This document shows positions 1 to 12,404 of a DNA stretch of 64,000 nucleotides, in pieces. Position numbers and translations under genes: made by a program. The stretch's first letter is position 1, and every line of letters starts with the position of its first letter. The notes below the pieces were generated by a model. It did not search any database. It was not told where the DNA came from and saw only the letters and a list, made by a program, of their open reading frames with translations. Where the stretch lies: NCBI GenBank assembly GCA_002189035.1, contig CM007992.1, positions 1,860,001-1,924,000 on the forward strand, in the 5' to 3' direction. The stretch is from Utricularia gibba. Lineage: Eukaryota > Plantae > Magnoliophyta.

Positions 1-299
1 TTCCTACTCATGACATGTGAACTCTTCATCATTATCATAGCTTATAAATTTGATTTTTTCTCTTTTTTCCATTTCTACGTTTTGCAACAGGTTTTTGAGA
101 TTTGAATGATTTCTAACCTCAAAATTCTTCTTTTTTGAGTACATTCCTTGAGAATTGAAGTCTCAATATTACTTTCATCTTAGTTTTGATTCTACTCTAT
201 GGCTTTTATTGCTTGAGAATTTTTTAGATTTTTGTTTTTTTATTTTGAGAAGGCACTCCTTTTTATTTATTTTTATTTTTTTAGTAACTTGGAACACAT

Positions 300-2864
300 T
301 GATATGTCGAATGTGGATGAAGAAGATCCAGATCTCATATCTCCTGAAAAAGAGGATCCCAAACTTCCATTATGGCAAGTCATGTTGCATCATAGGAGAG
401 ATTGTGATACAAGAGGCAATACAGAAGTTAATTACACCTTTTGTGAGAAATCTTTTATTGCATCTTATGGATGAGTTCGAGCCCACATATTGAAGACCGG
501 TCAAAATGTAGGTGGGCATTTGAAGATTGATTCTGCGGCACCTGTTGAAATGAGGGAAATGAAGAATAAAGGAGTAGCTTTGATAGAAAGTAAAAAATCA
601 GCAACTACTGCAAAATCTGGTAATACTAAATTGGATCATGTAGTAACCAAACATGGATACTTTAGTGAGAGGAGTTAAAAGAAAAAGTTTGTAAAGGGTA
701 GACGAAATGCTCAAGAATCATGCACATGTGAAAGAGATGTTGGATGAATTGCAAGGTTTTTTTATTCTACTGGAATTCCTTTTAATGTATCTTGCGACCC
801 ATATTATGTAGGGGCATTTGAAGTTGCAGCAGCACTTCTTATTCTAGGTTACTAAATTACTAATTTTAATTATACTTTTCCTTACTTGTTTGATAAAGTT
901 ACGTTTTATATAGGCTACAAACCACGTGGATACAATGCTATGAGAAATAAGTTATTGCAAAATGAAAAGGTTCGAATTGACAACCTTTTACAAGTTTTTA
1001 GAAAAAATTGGAGACGAAGTTTGTTACTTTGGTAAGCAATGGGTGGACTGATTCACAAAAACGACCATTGATTAACTAGCTGTGAATGAGTGTGAAGTAC
1101 AATTTTTAAAAACTATTAATTGTGAGAGTGAGTTCAAAAATGCTGCACTTGTCACTTCATTGATGGAAAAGACAATCACGGAAATTGGGGCTTCAAACGT
1201 GGTACAAATAATAACTGATAATGCTAGTATTTGTAAGGCCGCTAGTGAGATGATAGAAGAAAAAATCCCAGAGGTAATGTAAATTTATATTTTATAGTCA
1301 TATTTATACAAATGTGTATTACTAATCTTTTCTTTAATATTGTAGATTTTTTGGACTCCATGTATACTGTATAGATTAGACTTGCTTTGTAAGGATATTT
1401 TCACCTATACTAAACAACTTGACTTATATGCAATGTGGATGGATTATGGTAACCATGGAGAAGATGAAAAATGATAAAGCAGTTTATCACAAGTCACAAA
1501 AGGAGATTTGCTTTATTTAAAAGATATTCTAAATTGAGATCATTGATAGTGGCAGAGACACATTTCGGTTCGATTATTGTCATGATGAGACGGTTTAAGA
1601 TAGTTAAACAAGAGTGGAAATCTATGGTTGTTAGTAATGAGTGGATTAATCTATGTGGATGTCGGAATGATGAGATAAGAAAGCAAGAAAATATGGTTAT
1701 ATGGTTTTGGATATACATTTTTGGGACTCCATTGATAATGTACTTTCTTTCACAGTGCCTATTTACTCTATGTTCAAAATCTCTGATAGAGATAAAGTTA
1801 GGCTTCACATGATTTACACTATGTGGCATTCCATGTTGGAAAAAGTGAAGAAAGCAATATATACTTTCGAAAAAAAGAATATTAATATGGAAAGTGATTT
1901 TTGGAAGATGACATATAGGATGGAACAATGTGACTCCATTGCATGCGTTGGGCTCACATTAAATCCTAGGTAAATTTTAGTTTGTATAAATATTTTGAGT
2001 TGTTAAGTATTGTAAATTTTGTTTTCTATTTGGTGATAGAAAGAAATGCTTGGCAGTATTTGGTGAGCTTGGAAGATATATGTATGTAAGATTTGAATTT
2101 AGCTCTTTGAATGCTATCGATGGACAATTATGGATGGAATTGAATGGCAGTCATGTTTTGGAATTGAAGTTAAGACACCTTTAATTCAATATCTTGTGTT
2201 CAGATTACTTTGTCTTGTCTCATCTTCATTGGCTTGTGAGAGAAACTGAAGCACTTACAAGTTCATACATTCAGCCAAAAGGAACATGTTAACTTCCAAA
2301 CAGGCAGAAGATCTTGTTTATGTGTATACTAATCTGCAACTCTTATCTTGGAAATCACTTGAGTATACTGAAGTGTCTCCAAGACATGGGATATTTTGGG
2401 TGAGTTGTGTGAGGTAAATGATTATAGCATTCTGGAAAAGAGTAACTTATTTTTGGATGAGCGTACTTTCGAGATAAATATGTTGGAACAAGAGATTGAT
2501 GAGTCTTAGGATGTCTCATTGTATGGAAAAGAACAAGGGAATGCTAATGAGAGTTGAATCATTGATGAAGACATTGATTTAGGATTAGATGTTGATTTTG
2601 ATGTTTAGGCTAGCATAATTCATGCATATTTTGCTAAATTGAATTTTTCTGTTGTATTGTTTCATGTTTTTAAGTATTACCTTTTAAGTATTAATGAATG
2701 TTTTTAATTTAATTATTGTATTTAATAAATTAATTTTACTCTAATGTATATATACTTTAAATAATGCATATTTAATGCCCATATAAATCGAATTTGTAAA
2801 ATCAACAAACCTCACACCACACACCCTGAATCTCGCACTTCGCATCCATCTTTGTGCAATCTAG
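300..2864 (+). mobile_element. Degenerate hAT DNA transposon (BED finger / DUF659-type transposase remnant), 5' end not identified
   Basis: Broken reading frames give hAT motifs: NGWTDSQKRPLIN (~1036-1080), ITDNASICKAA (1082-1282 ORF), FWDSIDNVLSFTVPIY (1701-1973 ORF) and the dimerisation region SSLACERN..TYKFIHSAKRN.L...AEDLVYVYTNL (~2220-2340). cgcac/cgcat subterminal motifs occur at 2833-2846. The 3' end near 2864 is approximate. Confidence 0.8.
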
Positions 2865-5800
2865 GGAATTATTCGGCACCACGTTGTTGCCGCATAGTTG
2901 AGTGATGGCAGTGCTAGCAATGTGGCATTACCACGTCCTGGAGCAACCAAAATACCAGTTCTTACCCTCCCTGCACCATACGGATGGACAATTCAAGCTG
3001 TAGGACAAGATCCATTTGTGGCATCTTTGAGCATTTCACCACCATCCTATGTTCAAATGGCAGATATGGAGAAAAAGTAGTAGTTTCTGGTTCAGGAGCA
3101 GATGGTGTGGCATCAGTACAGACAAAATGGAATGCAAGGCCAAGCTAGTTTGGCAAAAATCAGGAAAGGCGGCAGGTATTATCCTTTGGCATACAGCGGA
3201 TGATGCCACCCTATGGAATGCTGCCTGTGAGCGGTGTGGGATCGCCCCCTGCTGCTGGTTATCACTATACTACTTTTTACTGATCGTCAGTTGGATATCT
3301 ATATTCTTTCGATTCAAATTTACCATCACGCCAATTCCGTGCTTTATTTGTCTATTAAAAAGATTTGCTTTCGGTGCTTCCTATCATTCAGCATTTGCAA
3401 GTAACCCAAAACCAGTGTCCCATGGCTGGTGTTCAACACCCATCTAAACTACTATGATGCTAATAGTGGTTGATGTTTGCTACTTGGATGGCCTTCTACT
3501 GAGGCTCCCTCAGTAAGAGATCACATCATTCTCAATCATAGACTAATGAGATCAAGAGAGGTTTCACAGAGAAGTAATTTGCAGCTAGTGAATGGACAAG
3601 AAGGAAAAGACGAATTACCTCTAACTATAGACATCAAGACACTCAACCTTACGTATTCCTTCTGCCTTTGCCTTCTTCCAAGAGCTTTCATGGATCCCTA
3701 GGATTGGTTAGTGATGTTATTCATTTTTACTTTGTTTTTTAGTTGGTCCTTTTTGTTCTGTATATTTGGCCCTTCGGACTCCAAGCTTTGAATGAAAACA
3801 TCCACGTCTGAGCTATACAGAGACAAACGATTGGACTCATTCTTGTGTTGGGTTTAAACTCGAAATAACTTGAAATGTCTTTATCTGTGTTTGCCTTATC
3901 CGTGTAATCCACTTCCAGCATGTTCTCTTTAGCCACTTTTTGCCGGGTCATTTAGCAAGATGGTCATCTCACATTTTTCTCACTCATTCAGTTAAAAAAA
4001 AATGTATAATGATCAAATTTTTTACACAGTTTTGACCATTTTTCTAATGCATTCAAGTAGTAGCAGTACATAAAATTGATTTGATTGATATTTATTCTTT
4101 TTATTTTTATCTAATTAGGCAATGCACAAAGTGAAATCCATTTTTCCACCATGATTCGTTTAATTCATGGTGGAATTGGGAAAATAATAGAATCAAAATC
4201 CTAATCAATTCATATTGAAAAAGATAAAAAATAATTGATAAAAAATAATTTTTTTTCTCGAAATGATTGTTCATTAGGAAAAGAGGAATTGGTGAAATCC
4301 TCAAACTACCTACTCTCCATAATCAAGTTCTTTCTAAACATAAAGCAACTCCATTAATTCGATAATCATTTTAAAATCTATTTTGGGAATTGATTGTTCC
4401 ATTGATCCAACTCTCCTCCCCAGTAAATATATACTTAAAAGAAGCTCCTCTTTCCCCTCGTTATAAAGTGGCATCTGGTTCGTCAACAAGCGGAGTGACG
4501 CAACACATTCTTATTGGAGTTTTTATTGTACTTTCTTTGAGTTGATTTCGTCCCATATGAGAGTGGAATGTACAAAATGCGAATCACGGTGCTTTGGGGA
4601 GTCTTGTTCATTCTACTGAAATCCGAGCTGATACAATACAATTCAATCAACTACTTCAGATTCGGATTCAAGAGATTCCAAAAGGAAATACTATGAAATA
4701 TCTAGGTCTGATTTGTTAATCTGGATAGAAAATAATTGGATTAGAATTATTTAGAATATTTGATTGATTTAGTTTACAAATTTTTCATGTTTCATACATA
4801 GTAAATATGAAAGTATTAAAACAATAAGAGAGATTTTCTAAATTCAACATATTGGTAAATTCAAAAAAATCGATATAAATAGAAATTTTGAATTTATATC
4901 AAATCTAGAATTAAAGTGTCTCTATTATCAAATTCATCATATGAAGTTTATGTTCAATAAAAAACTAATGTCATACGATATACCAAACACAACCTAATTT
5001 CTACCATTTTCATTACCACTCCTATTGGTGCTATTATCCTTAAGTTCGAAATAGGAGAGCCCTCTCACTATGTTCAAGCCCGTTTGTGAGAATAGTAGCT
5101 CCTCTACTTAATGGTGATTCTACAAGTGCATAAAAATCATCTAACTAATAAAATAAAATCATTTTTACGGAAATTTTTTAGTGAAATTTTTTTAAAACAA
5201 TAATTCAAAAATAACTGAAAACGAAATAAAAAATTAGGCCTTCTTAGTAGGTACTTGAGACCAATTCAAGATTCTCTCACACTTTATTTAGGTTATATGG
5301 TATTAAAGAGTCTTTTACATTGATAAATAAAACATTGCGAAAAATAGAAGCAAACCTCAAATTAAATATCAATAACATAATAACTCAATCACATATGCAA
5401 GACTTTTGCAAACAAAGCTTGATTGCAAATCCTTAGCCATAAGCGATCACACATGCGTGTTCGAATTTGACACACAATAATTGATGATAACGACATGAAA
5501 TGAATCAAAAGATGCTAGACTCGGTTCAAGATTCTTAGACTGACTTTAAGAGTTCGGTCTCTCCAACAGTTTAATGTTTAGGTCCTTATATAGAAGTAGA
5601 GATTTACTTGGCTTTTTTTATGGTCTCCTATCAAATCTTCTATCTAAATTTTTTTAGATAAGATCTAATTTTATCTTAATCGAGAATCTTCAATTGAGTC
5701 TTTATTCGAATAATTCAAATCTTTGACAGCATCCAGTCCACTCTAATTTCTTCAAATATAGGTTGATATTACCCTATAAAAGCAGAAAATACATTGTCTC

Positions 5801-6154
5801 TTCAAGAAGATCATATTAGTGTAAAAGATATAAAATTTATCTAAAAACATAGAAAAAGTGAAATAAAAGATATGTAAAATTAATCTAGGAGAATTATAGA
5901 AAACACAAATATAAGTAACAAAAATCACTTATCAACGCTACTCTAAGATGTCAAAGAAGACTTGATCCCATTCAGACCTTGGTGTATTAAATTATCTTGA
6001 ATTAAATATGCACTCAAGTTTTTTTTAGAGACACTTTAATTAGAAGTTTGTCAAGCATGAGTCGCCATATACACTATAAACATAAACCCTTTTTTATGTG
6101 TATATTGTATACATCCATGCAACTATTGAAACACATAAGAGATTGAATAGTCTT

Positions 6155-7553
6155 TGATAACACACAAATTTTCATGTTTTAGGATATGAAAAATTATAAA
6201 TTTTTAATTATGTTTAAGTGTTTATTTTATATTTTTAAGTGTTTTTATGTAATTTAGTAAAATGTAATTTTTGGTGTGATTAGTGGGCTAAATCAAAGGA
6301 TTTAGCCCACCCCATCTCTAACCCAATTTCGGAGTCTAGTAGCAATCTAAAAGTCAAGAAAATATCTGAATTTTGTGCAAGTCACTAGGCTGCAGGAGGG
6401 GCAATGAGTACACTGTCATACCGGCAGTCTGCAAGTCAAGGCTAGGAGCAGCAGATTTGTTAGAGAATGTACTTGACTTGGGCAGTGGGAGGCGAGAGAA
6501 AGAGGAGAGAAGAGAGAGTCGCCAAAAGGAGAGCTCACCCAGAATTTTCAAAACACACACGAGGGAGTTTCCCCCCACCTCGAACAGGAAAAATACCGAA
6601 GGAGAAGGAGAAAGAAAGGGAATTTTTTTTGGAGAAGAAACTCCAGTGTGAAGGAAGAAGATCAAGACCCAATTCAGCACCACTGTTTCGGCCTGTGAAC
6701 AGTGGCAGATGGAAATCAAGACACTTACTGCTTTATTTTAGTTTGTTGATATTTTTAGCTTTTGCACCCAATTTCTACAAGATGTTCTCAACATTTTCGT
6801 TGTTTTATGTCAATGCCATCACTTTTTACCTTCAAAGTATGAGTAGCTAAGGAGTCTATGAGTGCTTTAAGGTGAAGAATGGTGATGTGGGTCTAGGAGT
6901 CTCAATAAAATTCACCATTATCTCTTAGCTCTTGTTTCTATCAAGCCATAGATCGACCTAAGGAGGGGGAATAAGTAGCTTCACAACTTAGATGTTTGAT
7001 TTAGAGGTAGACCAACAAATCAAGATGGGAGCAGTAAGTGTTAGTACGGGGTAGAACCAGTGGAATCGGGTAAATCTAATTTTATATGTTTTGCATGCAT
7101 GTGGACCTAATTGCAAGGTTGGTGATGATATGGAGGACTAGCTTAGCCGAAAATATGATGAATGACATGAGTAGACTTAAGTTATTTAAAGTTATGAGTG
7201 TAGGAACATGGTAGATTAAATTAGGAATTTTAGCACCACACCACCTGTAAATACTTAAAGCACCTTAATATTATTTTGAGTTAGAACTATTACTTGTTAC
7301 CTTAGCGTTAAGATGTGATATTGTTTATTGATCTTGTTTACCGCACTTATTTACCACTGTTGTTCCGAGCTTAGACTAAAACTACAATTATTTTGAATTC
7401 TGCATCTACTAAAATACATGATAAGCACAAGCTCCTTGTGATCGACCTCGAATTCCACTATACACTTTATGTTTAATTTGTATTTTGTGAGAATTAGGAA
7501 CTATACGAAAATTTGGTTTTATTACAACGACATTCTAAAATTTCCGTTTATCG
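6155..7553 (+). mobile_element. Solo LTR, Ty3/Gypsy Athila-like (~1.4 kb)
   Basis: Termini TGATAA...TTATCG (terminal A mutated to G). Perfect 5-bp TSD GTCTT at 6150-6154 and 7554-7558. Athila-like gtgatcgacc motif near the 3' end. No internal coding domain. Confidence 0.8.
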
Positions 7554-9309
7554 GTCTTTTAATTCGTTATATATATATATATATATATATCATTAATAAT
7601 TTGTCAAACCCATGTCCAAGGCTTGGAACATGTAAGATGAGACCATCAAATTTTAATATGTTAATACAAGAATTTGAGGTTCTCTTTTACCTACCATGTT
7701 GATTTCACTAGACTTATACATGAAATAGCTAGATAGTGTGCTTCTAAGGTTGTGTAAATACTAAACAAGAAACTAGTCGCAACTCATGACTTCACAAAAT
7801 AATGTAAAATTAACAATGGCACAACAAAACTTTTTTTAATAGTGAACTTAACATAGGCTCAAACATGTGATGGCCTGATGATCAAACATACTGATAGCCT
7901 TCATTACTTCAAACACACACTAGAAGCATACTCAAAACAGCTTATACACAAGGTTCAATCTCAACATAAGTTGAACCTAAGCATTATCTTTAGGTTGGTC
8001 ACATAACCTGCATTTCTCCTGCCCCTCTCTTAGATCAGGATAGAAATAGATTAGTTATATTATTGGATCGAAAGTACTAGTATATAATTAGAAAATATAG
8101 TTTTATAAGGGATTCCAATGTGTGCATTTAGTTATATTGTTTTCAAGTGATTTCAAAAGATATAGAAACTATACATATGAAGCTGAAATTTTATAAATAT
8201 CATAAAGTGGAATAACTAGTCAATACAAAAATTACATGTATCATAGAAAATAGTTTTTCTTTTCCAAAAATTATTCTTGTAAAGTAATTTTTAGGTACTC
8301 ACCAACACTTATCCCACTCAACTTGATTTTATCCTTCATTACAATTTTTCTAAGAATTTATTTGCATCATCAGCACGTATTTCAGATTAAAATTTTCTAA
8401 TCACTATCTTAGTGTATGTTCTAGATTATAGTGCATTGCTTGCTATCCCTCTTATGCTTCTATCAAAACTCGAAAAAGGTTATTATAGTAATAAAGGGTA
8501 TGCGATTGCAAAGGCCTCAAACACTTCACAACTTGCCAATAGTTCTTCTGTTTTTTTCCTCCTATTTCCCTTTTATTATGAACTAAAAGTTTCCTTGGGG
8601 AAGTTTTATTTCCCTCTTATGCTACTCATGTTTTCTTGAAAATTTTCCCAATGAACTAAGAGTTCTAGCATTCTTTATAAAAATGACCAAACGCCCGATA
8701 TTGTCTCCCTAATTAGTAGAACTCCCCAAACATGTAACCCAATTGAACTTGGAAAATTTAAAGAAAATAACATAATCTACTTTCCTAAGTCCTTGCACAA
8801 GTATTCGCAAAAGAAGATGAAAAAAATAGTTATTTTCTTATAGGTTTCAGATATTGTCTAGAAAATTTGAAAAAAACTATTTAATGGCATAAAATCCAAA
8901 TGAAGTAGGTTATTTCAAAATTAACATGTTCAGATGGAAAAAGATTGCCATTCACTACTTTTTTCTATCCTTTATCTATATACTTCTTGTCCAAATGGCT
9001 TTCTTTTCCATTTGCTAAAAGTATGGAATCTTGAGTTACTAATTTTTCCATATGGGGAAATTTGAAATATTCTTGAATGATATTCAATAAAAAATAATTC
9101 AAGAAAAGTTAATATAGCAATACTTCAAGTAGGTATTGCTCTAAAATTGGAATCAAATAATGTTGGTATTGCAATTAGGTAATGCTTTGATAATATAAGA
9201 GTGAAGATGGGTAGAAACAATGTATGAATTTTTGAGATATCGGTAGGCGAGGTTTATTTGGTTCAATTGGTCACCAGGTGCCATCCGCCTTGGAATCTTC
9301 TGACTCCTT

Positions 9310-10990
9310 TGTTGAATGACAGACCCATGAATGAGGATACAAATGTGTTGAATGAAAAAAACGTGAATGAGGATGCAAACGATTGCATACAGAAAAGAAG
9401 ATGAAATTTTTATTATATACTAGTATTGTATAATTATATTCATTTTTCTTTTTTTTCCTTTCGTTTGTATATATAATATTGTGTTCATTTTCTTTTACAA
9501 GAGAATAAATCCAAAATCATGTTCTTCTTCATGGTATCAGAGCCATCATTCATCACACTTTTGCATAACCCATTTTTTGTTCTCTTCATCATATATTGAC
9601 ACTTATCTTTTCCTCTTCATTGGATATGGAGGAATTTACTAATCAAAATCTCATTGGTTCTCTCGGTTCTTCTTCAAAGACCAATGACTCGAAGTCTATT
9701 GTGATATTTGGGGAAAATGATCTCTATAATCCTACCTACCTTGCTGCTACTACTGATAACCCAGGGTCTAAATTGGCAAATTTCCTCTTAGTTCTACAAA
9801 TTTTAAGGATGAGCCGTCTAGTCATGCTAGCCCTAAATTACAAAGATAAGCTTGGCTTTATTAATGGTGAAACTATAATGCCATTACTTGATTCTGCTAA
9901 TATTCGTTCTTGGAATAATGTTGATAGTCTTGTATGCTCTTGGTTGCTAAACGGTATGCATATTGACTTGACAAAGAATTTTACAAAAGCATTTAAGGCT
10001 TGCAAATAATGGTTATCATTGGATCCTCATTTTGGAAAACGTAGCACAGCTACTATTTTTCATCTCTTCAAGGACATGATTTGCTTGACTCATTTCTTAT
10101 CTGGTTTGAATGATTCGTTTGGAGTATCCTCTAATTTGACGATGGCCATGGATAAAGCACCCTCCTTAGATGAGGTCTTCTCAATTATGCTGAATGCTAA
10201 AACTCTTCGTCTTAAAGATTCGATGCTCTCTGGCTCCATCTTGATGGGAAAGATGGCACCTATTGATATCTTTTCTCATGAGAATGTACTCATGAAAAAA
10301 ATCTGTGGAAAAGAAGAATCGTTATTGTACAAAATGCAAGAAAAATGGTCATTTGAAAGAGACTTGTTTCAAAGGAGTGTTAGAATTTAAATGGCCTAAT
10401 TGGTACTTGAAACTTTCGAAGCAGCCAACAAGAGGAAATCAAGGGCAAAATACTCATTCTCATGCTCATTGCACAACCAACATACTTAACTCTATTGTTG
10501 TTATAGGTTTTATTAATCCACCATCCAATTCTATTAACACATCATCAGTTGGGGATCTTGCTTGTAGTGTAGGTATCAACTTTGAAATTGCATACTTTAT
10601 TAAGCAATAAGTCATGAGAGCTACTCGACTACACCTTCCGCCACGAGATCAAACCAAGCCCAATGTTGCTGGTGTTGGAGATTTTATTGGTAATGCTTTA
10701 AACCTTAGCTTGCACCCTTTATGTTTTGGAAATGCTGCTTGTTATTCTAGTACAGCTAAGTGCATGCTCACCCATGATTCTGATACATCTTCTATGAAAT
10801 CTTGGGAATAGGTAGTAGACATTGGAGCCACTTCACCTTGTTAGGTTTCTCGTAGATATCGCATGCCAGAAATGCAGTGGAATTTAAAATTTTTTCGAGA
10901 TACCCCAAACATAGATCTTGGAATACAGTATACGTCAAATAAAGAGACATTAAAAATATCTTTTAGTGGACTCCATTGTTCACCAATCAT
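9310..10990 (+). mobile_element. Truncated, internally deleted Ty1/Copia retrotransposon (5' LTR, PBS, gag, protease and RT remnants)
   Basis: LTR ends in CA at 9531, followed by the tRNA-iMet PBS TGGTATCAGAGCC (9532-9544). Gag: KDKLGFING...WNNVDSLVCSWLLN (9596-10009). Zinc knuckle: CTKCKKNGHLKETC (10305-10610). Protease-like (W)VVDIGATS at ~10810-10840. RT-like DLGIQYTS at ~10915-10940. The LTR start at 9310 is tentative. Confidence 0.8.
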
Positions 10991-11000
10991 TAACACTAGA

Positions 11001-11375
11001 ATGCAATCTCTCTGAGGCTTCTCAGTCCTTCCCTTTCTATCACAGAGTACGGTTCAAGTGGCTTGGTGTCAACAAGATGCGACGTATATAGCTTTGGCGT
11101 ACTCTTAATGGAAGTCTTTACCCGAAAAAGACCTTGTGACACGGAATTTGTAGAGAATGATTGAAGCTTGAGAGACCTGATAAAAGAGTCCATATCTGAT
11201 GGAATTTTACACATTGTGGATCAAAGATTATTCAACCCCGATGATGTATACATATCCATGAAGTTAAGCTGCCTATCATCCGTGATGGAGTTATCATTGA
11301 AGTGTTCAGTGGAGAATCCCAATGAAAGAATCACCATGAAAACCATATCACATGGGTTCAAGAACGTCTTTGTAA
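11001..11375 (+). pseudogene. Orphan 3' fragment of an LRR-RLK (end of kinase intron plus last exon)
   Basis: Near-identical to intron 2 / exon 3 of the downstream paralogs (AG acceptor 11044-11045, then EYGSSGLVSTRCDVYSFG). Has an in-frame TGA at ~11158 and a ~21-bp deletion in ITMK..TISH. No upstream exons are present. Confidence 0.9.
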
Positions 11376-11699
11376 GAAAAGAGCTCCCAACATTTTTCTT
11401 CATAGTCATCAGTATGGTACCCAGAGAAGTAGGCTCCTTCTCCTAAATGCTTTTATTACTTTAGTTTGGGGTGCTAAGCCATGAGGCCTAGTAAAATAAC
11501 TAGGAAAATGGGATTATGTAACACATATACCATTCTTATTTTTTATTATTAAAATGATAAATTAATACTCCTAGAAAAACACATTTAATTCTTAGTTCTC
11601 AGAACTAGAATATAAAATTCTTATTTTAAAGATAATTTACCAATACAGAATAATTCTTATTCTAATATATATATATATATATTATTTTATTTTATTTCT

Positions 11700-12404
11700 A
11701 TTATTGTGTAGTCAAATAATTGAGTTGCAGAAATCTTTTTCACATCGGCCAAAATGTCTATTCTCGATTTTTTTTCTTCAAAAAAATAACAACGGAAATA
11801 ATAACTATACCGCATCGACAAAACAAAAAAAGCCAAGAAAAAGCAGTCTAATGAAAAGTGGTTGAATGTGAGCACTAATACACGTGCTTAGACCTAAGCG
11901 GCAATTGTCACTGTCAATTTATCTCACATAAACCAAGTCAAAATATATGAGACATGTGACTGCTATTCGTATCAAATAATTACTGATGAGTGACTACACT
12001 TAATAATTACATGATGCTAACACATAAATTGAAAACAATTGAGTTATATATCTTGTGAAACCAAAATTTATTGGTTTATATGTACATGACTATATTAATA
12101 TATATATTTAATTTATTTTATCAATTTTTGTTCAATGAATAAATGACTTTACCGTATAAATCATATTGCTCTTTGGATGATTCAGGTATGAACGAGTCTA
12201 AAAGTCAAACTCTCCCACTTTCTCGAAAAGGAGAAATTTTCCACTGCACCCGCATTGCACTAATTTGGTTCCCTTATGAACGAAACACAACGCAAACACA
12301 TGTATGTGATGTGTCGTTTGGTAAACACATGTATAAAGCGAGCGGTATTACTAAGCTAAGCCCCACTGCCTGGTCGTGATCATCATTTGAGTTGTCCGGA
12401 GGAA
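11700..12404 (+). promoter_or_regulatory. Putative RLK promoter with conserved W-boxes, G-box and TATA
   Basis: AGTCAA (reverse W-box TTGACT) at 11710, 11936 and 12203; CACGTG at 11881; TATAAA at ~12333. Homologous motifs are retained upstream of the 27609 copy (26902, 27030, 27374, TATAAA ~27536). The proximal W-box is also retained upstream of the 23118 copy (22754). Confidence 0.45.

Noticed and set aside
2898-3951. Several 60-130 aa ORFs after the first hAT
   Set aside because: No recognisable motif in any frame, many stops and no consistent splice structure. Probably a degenerate TE or gene relic that cannot be assigned without a search.
6354-6850. Overlapping ORFs of 90-127 aa on both strands
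   Set aside because: They lie inside the TSD-bounded solo LTR and reflect its GA-rich low-complexity sequence.
8400-9250. Possible minus-strand NLR (NB-ARC) remnant (YLKYCY.., GNLFP..)
   Set aside because: The resemblance is only a few residues across broken frames, too weak to support.
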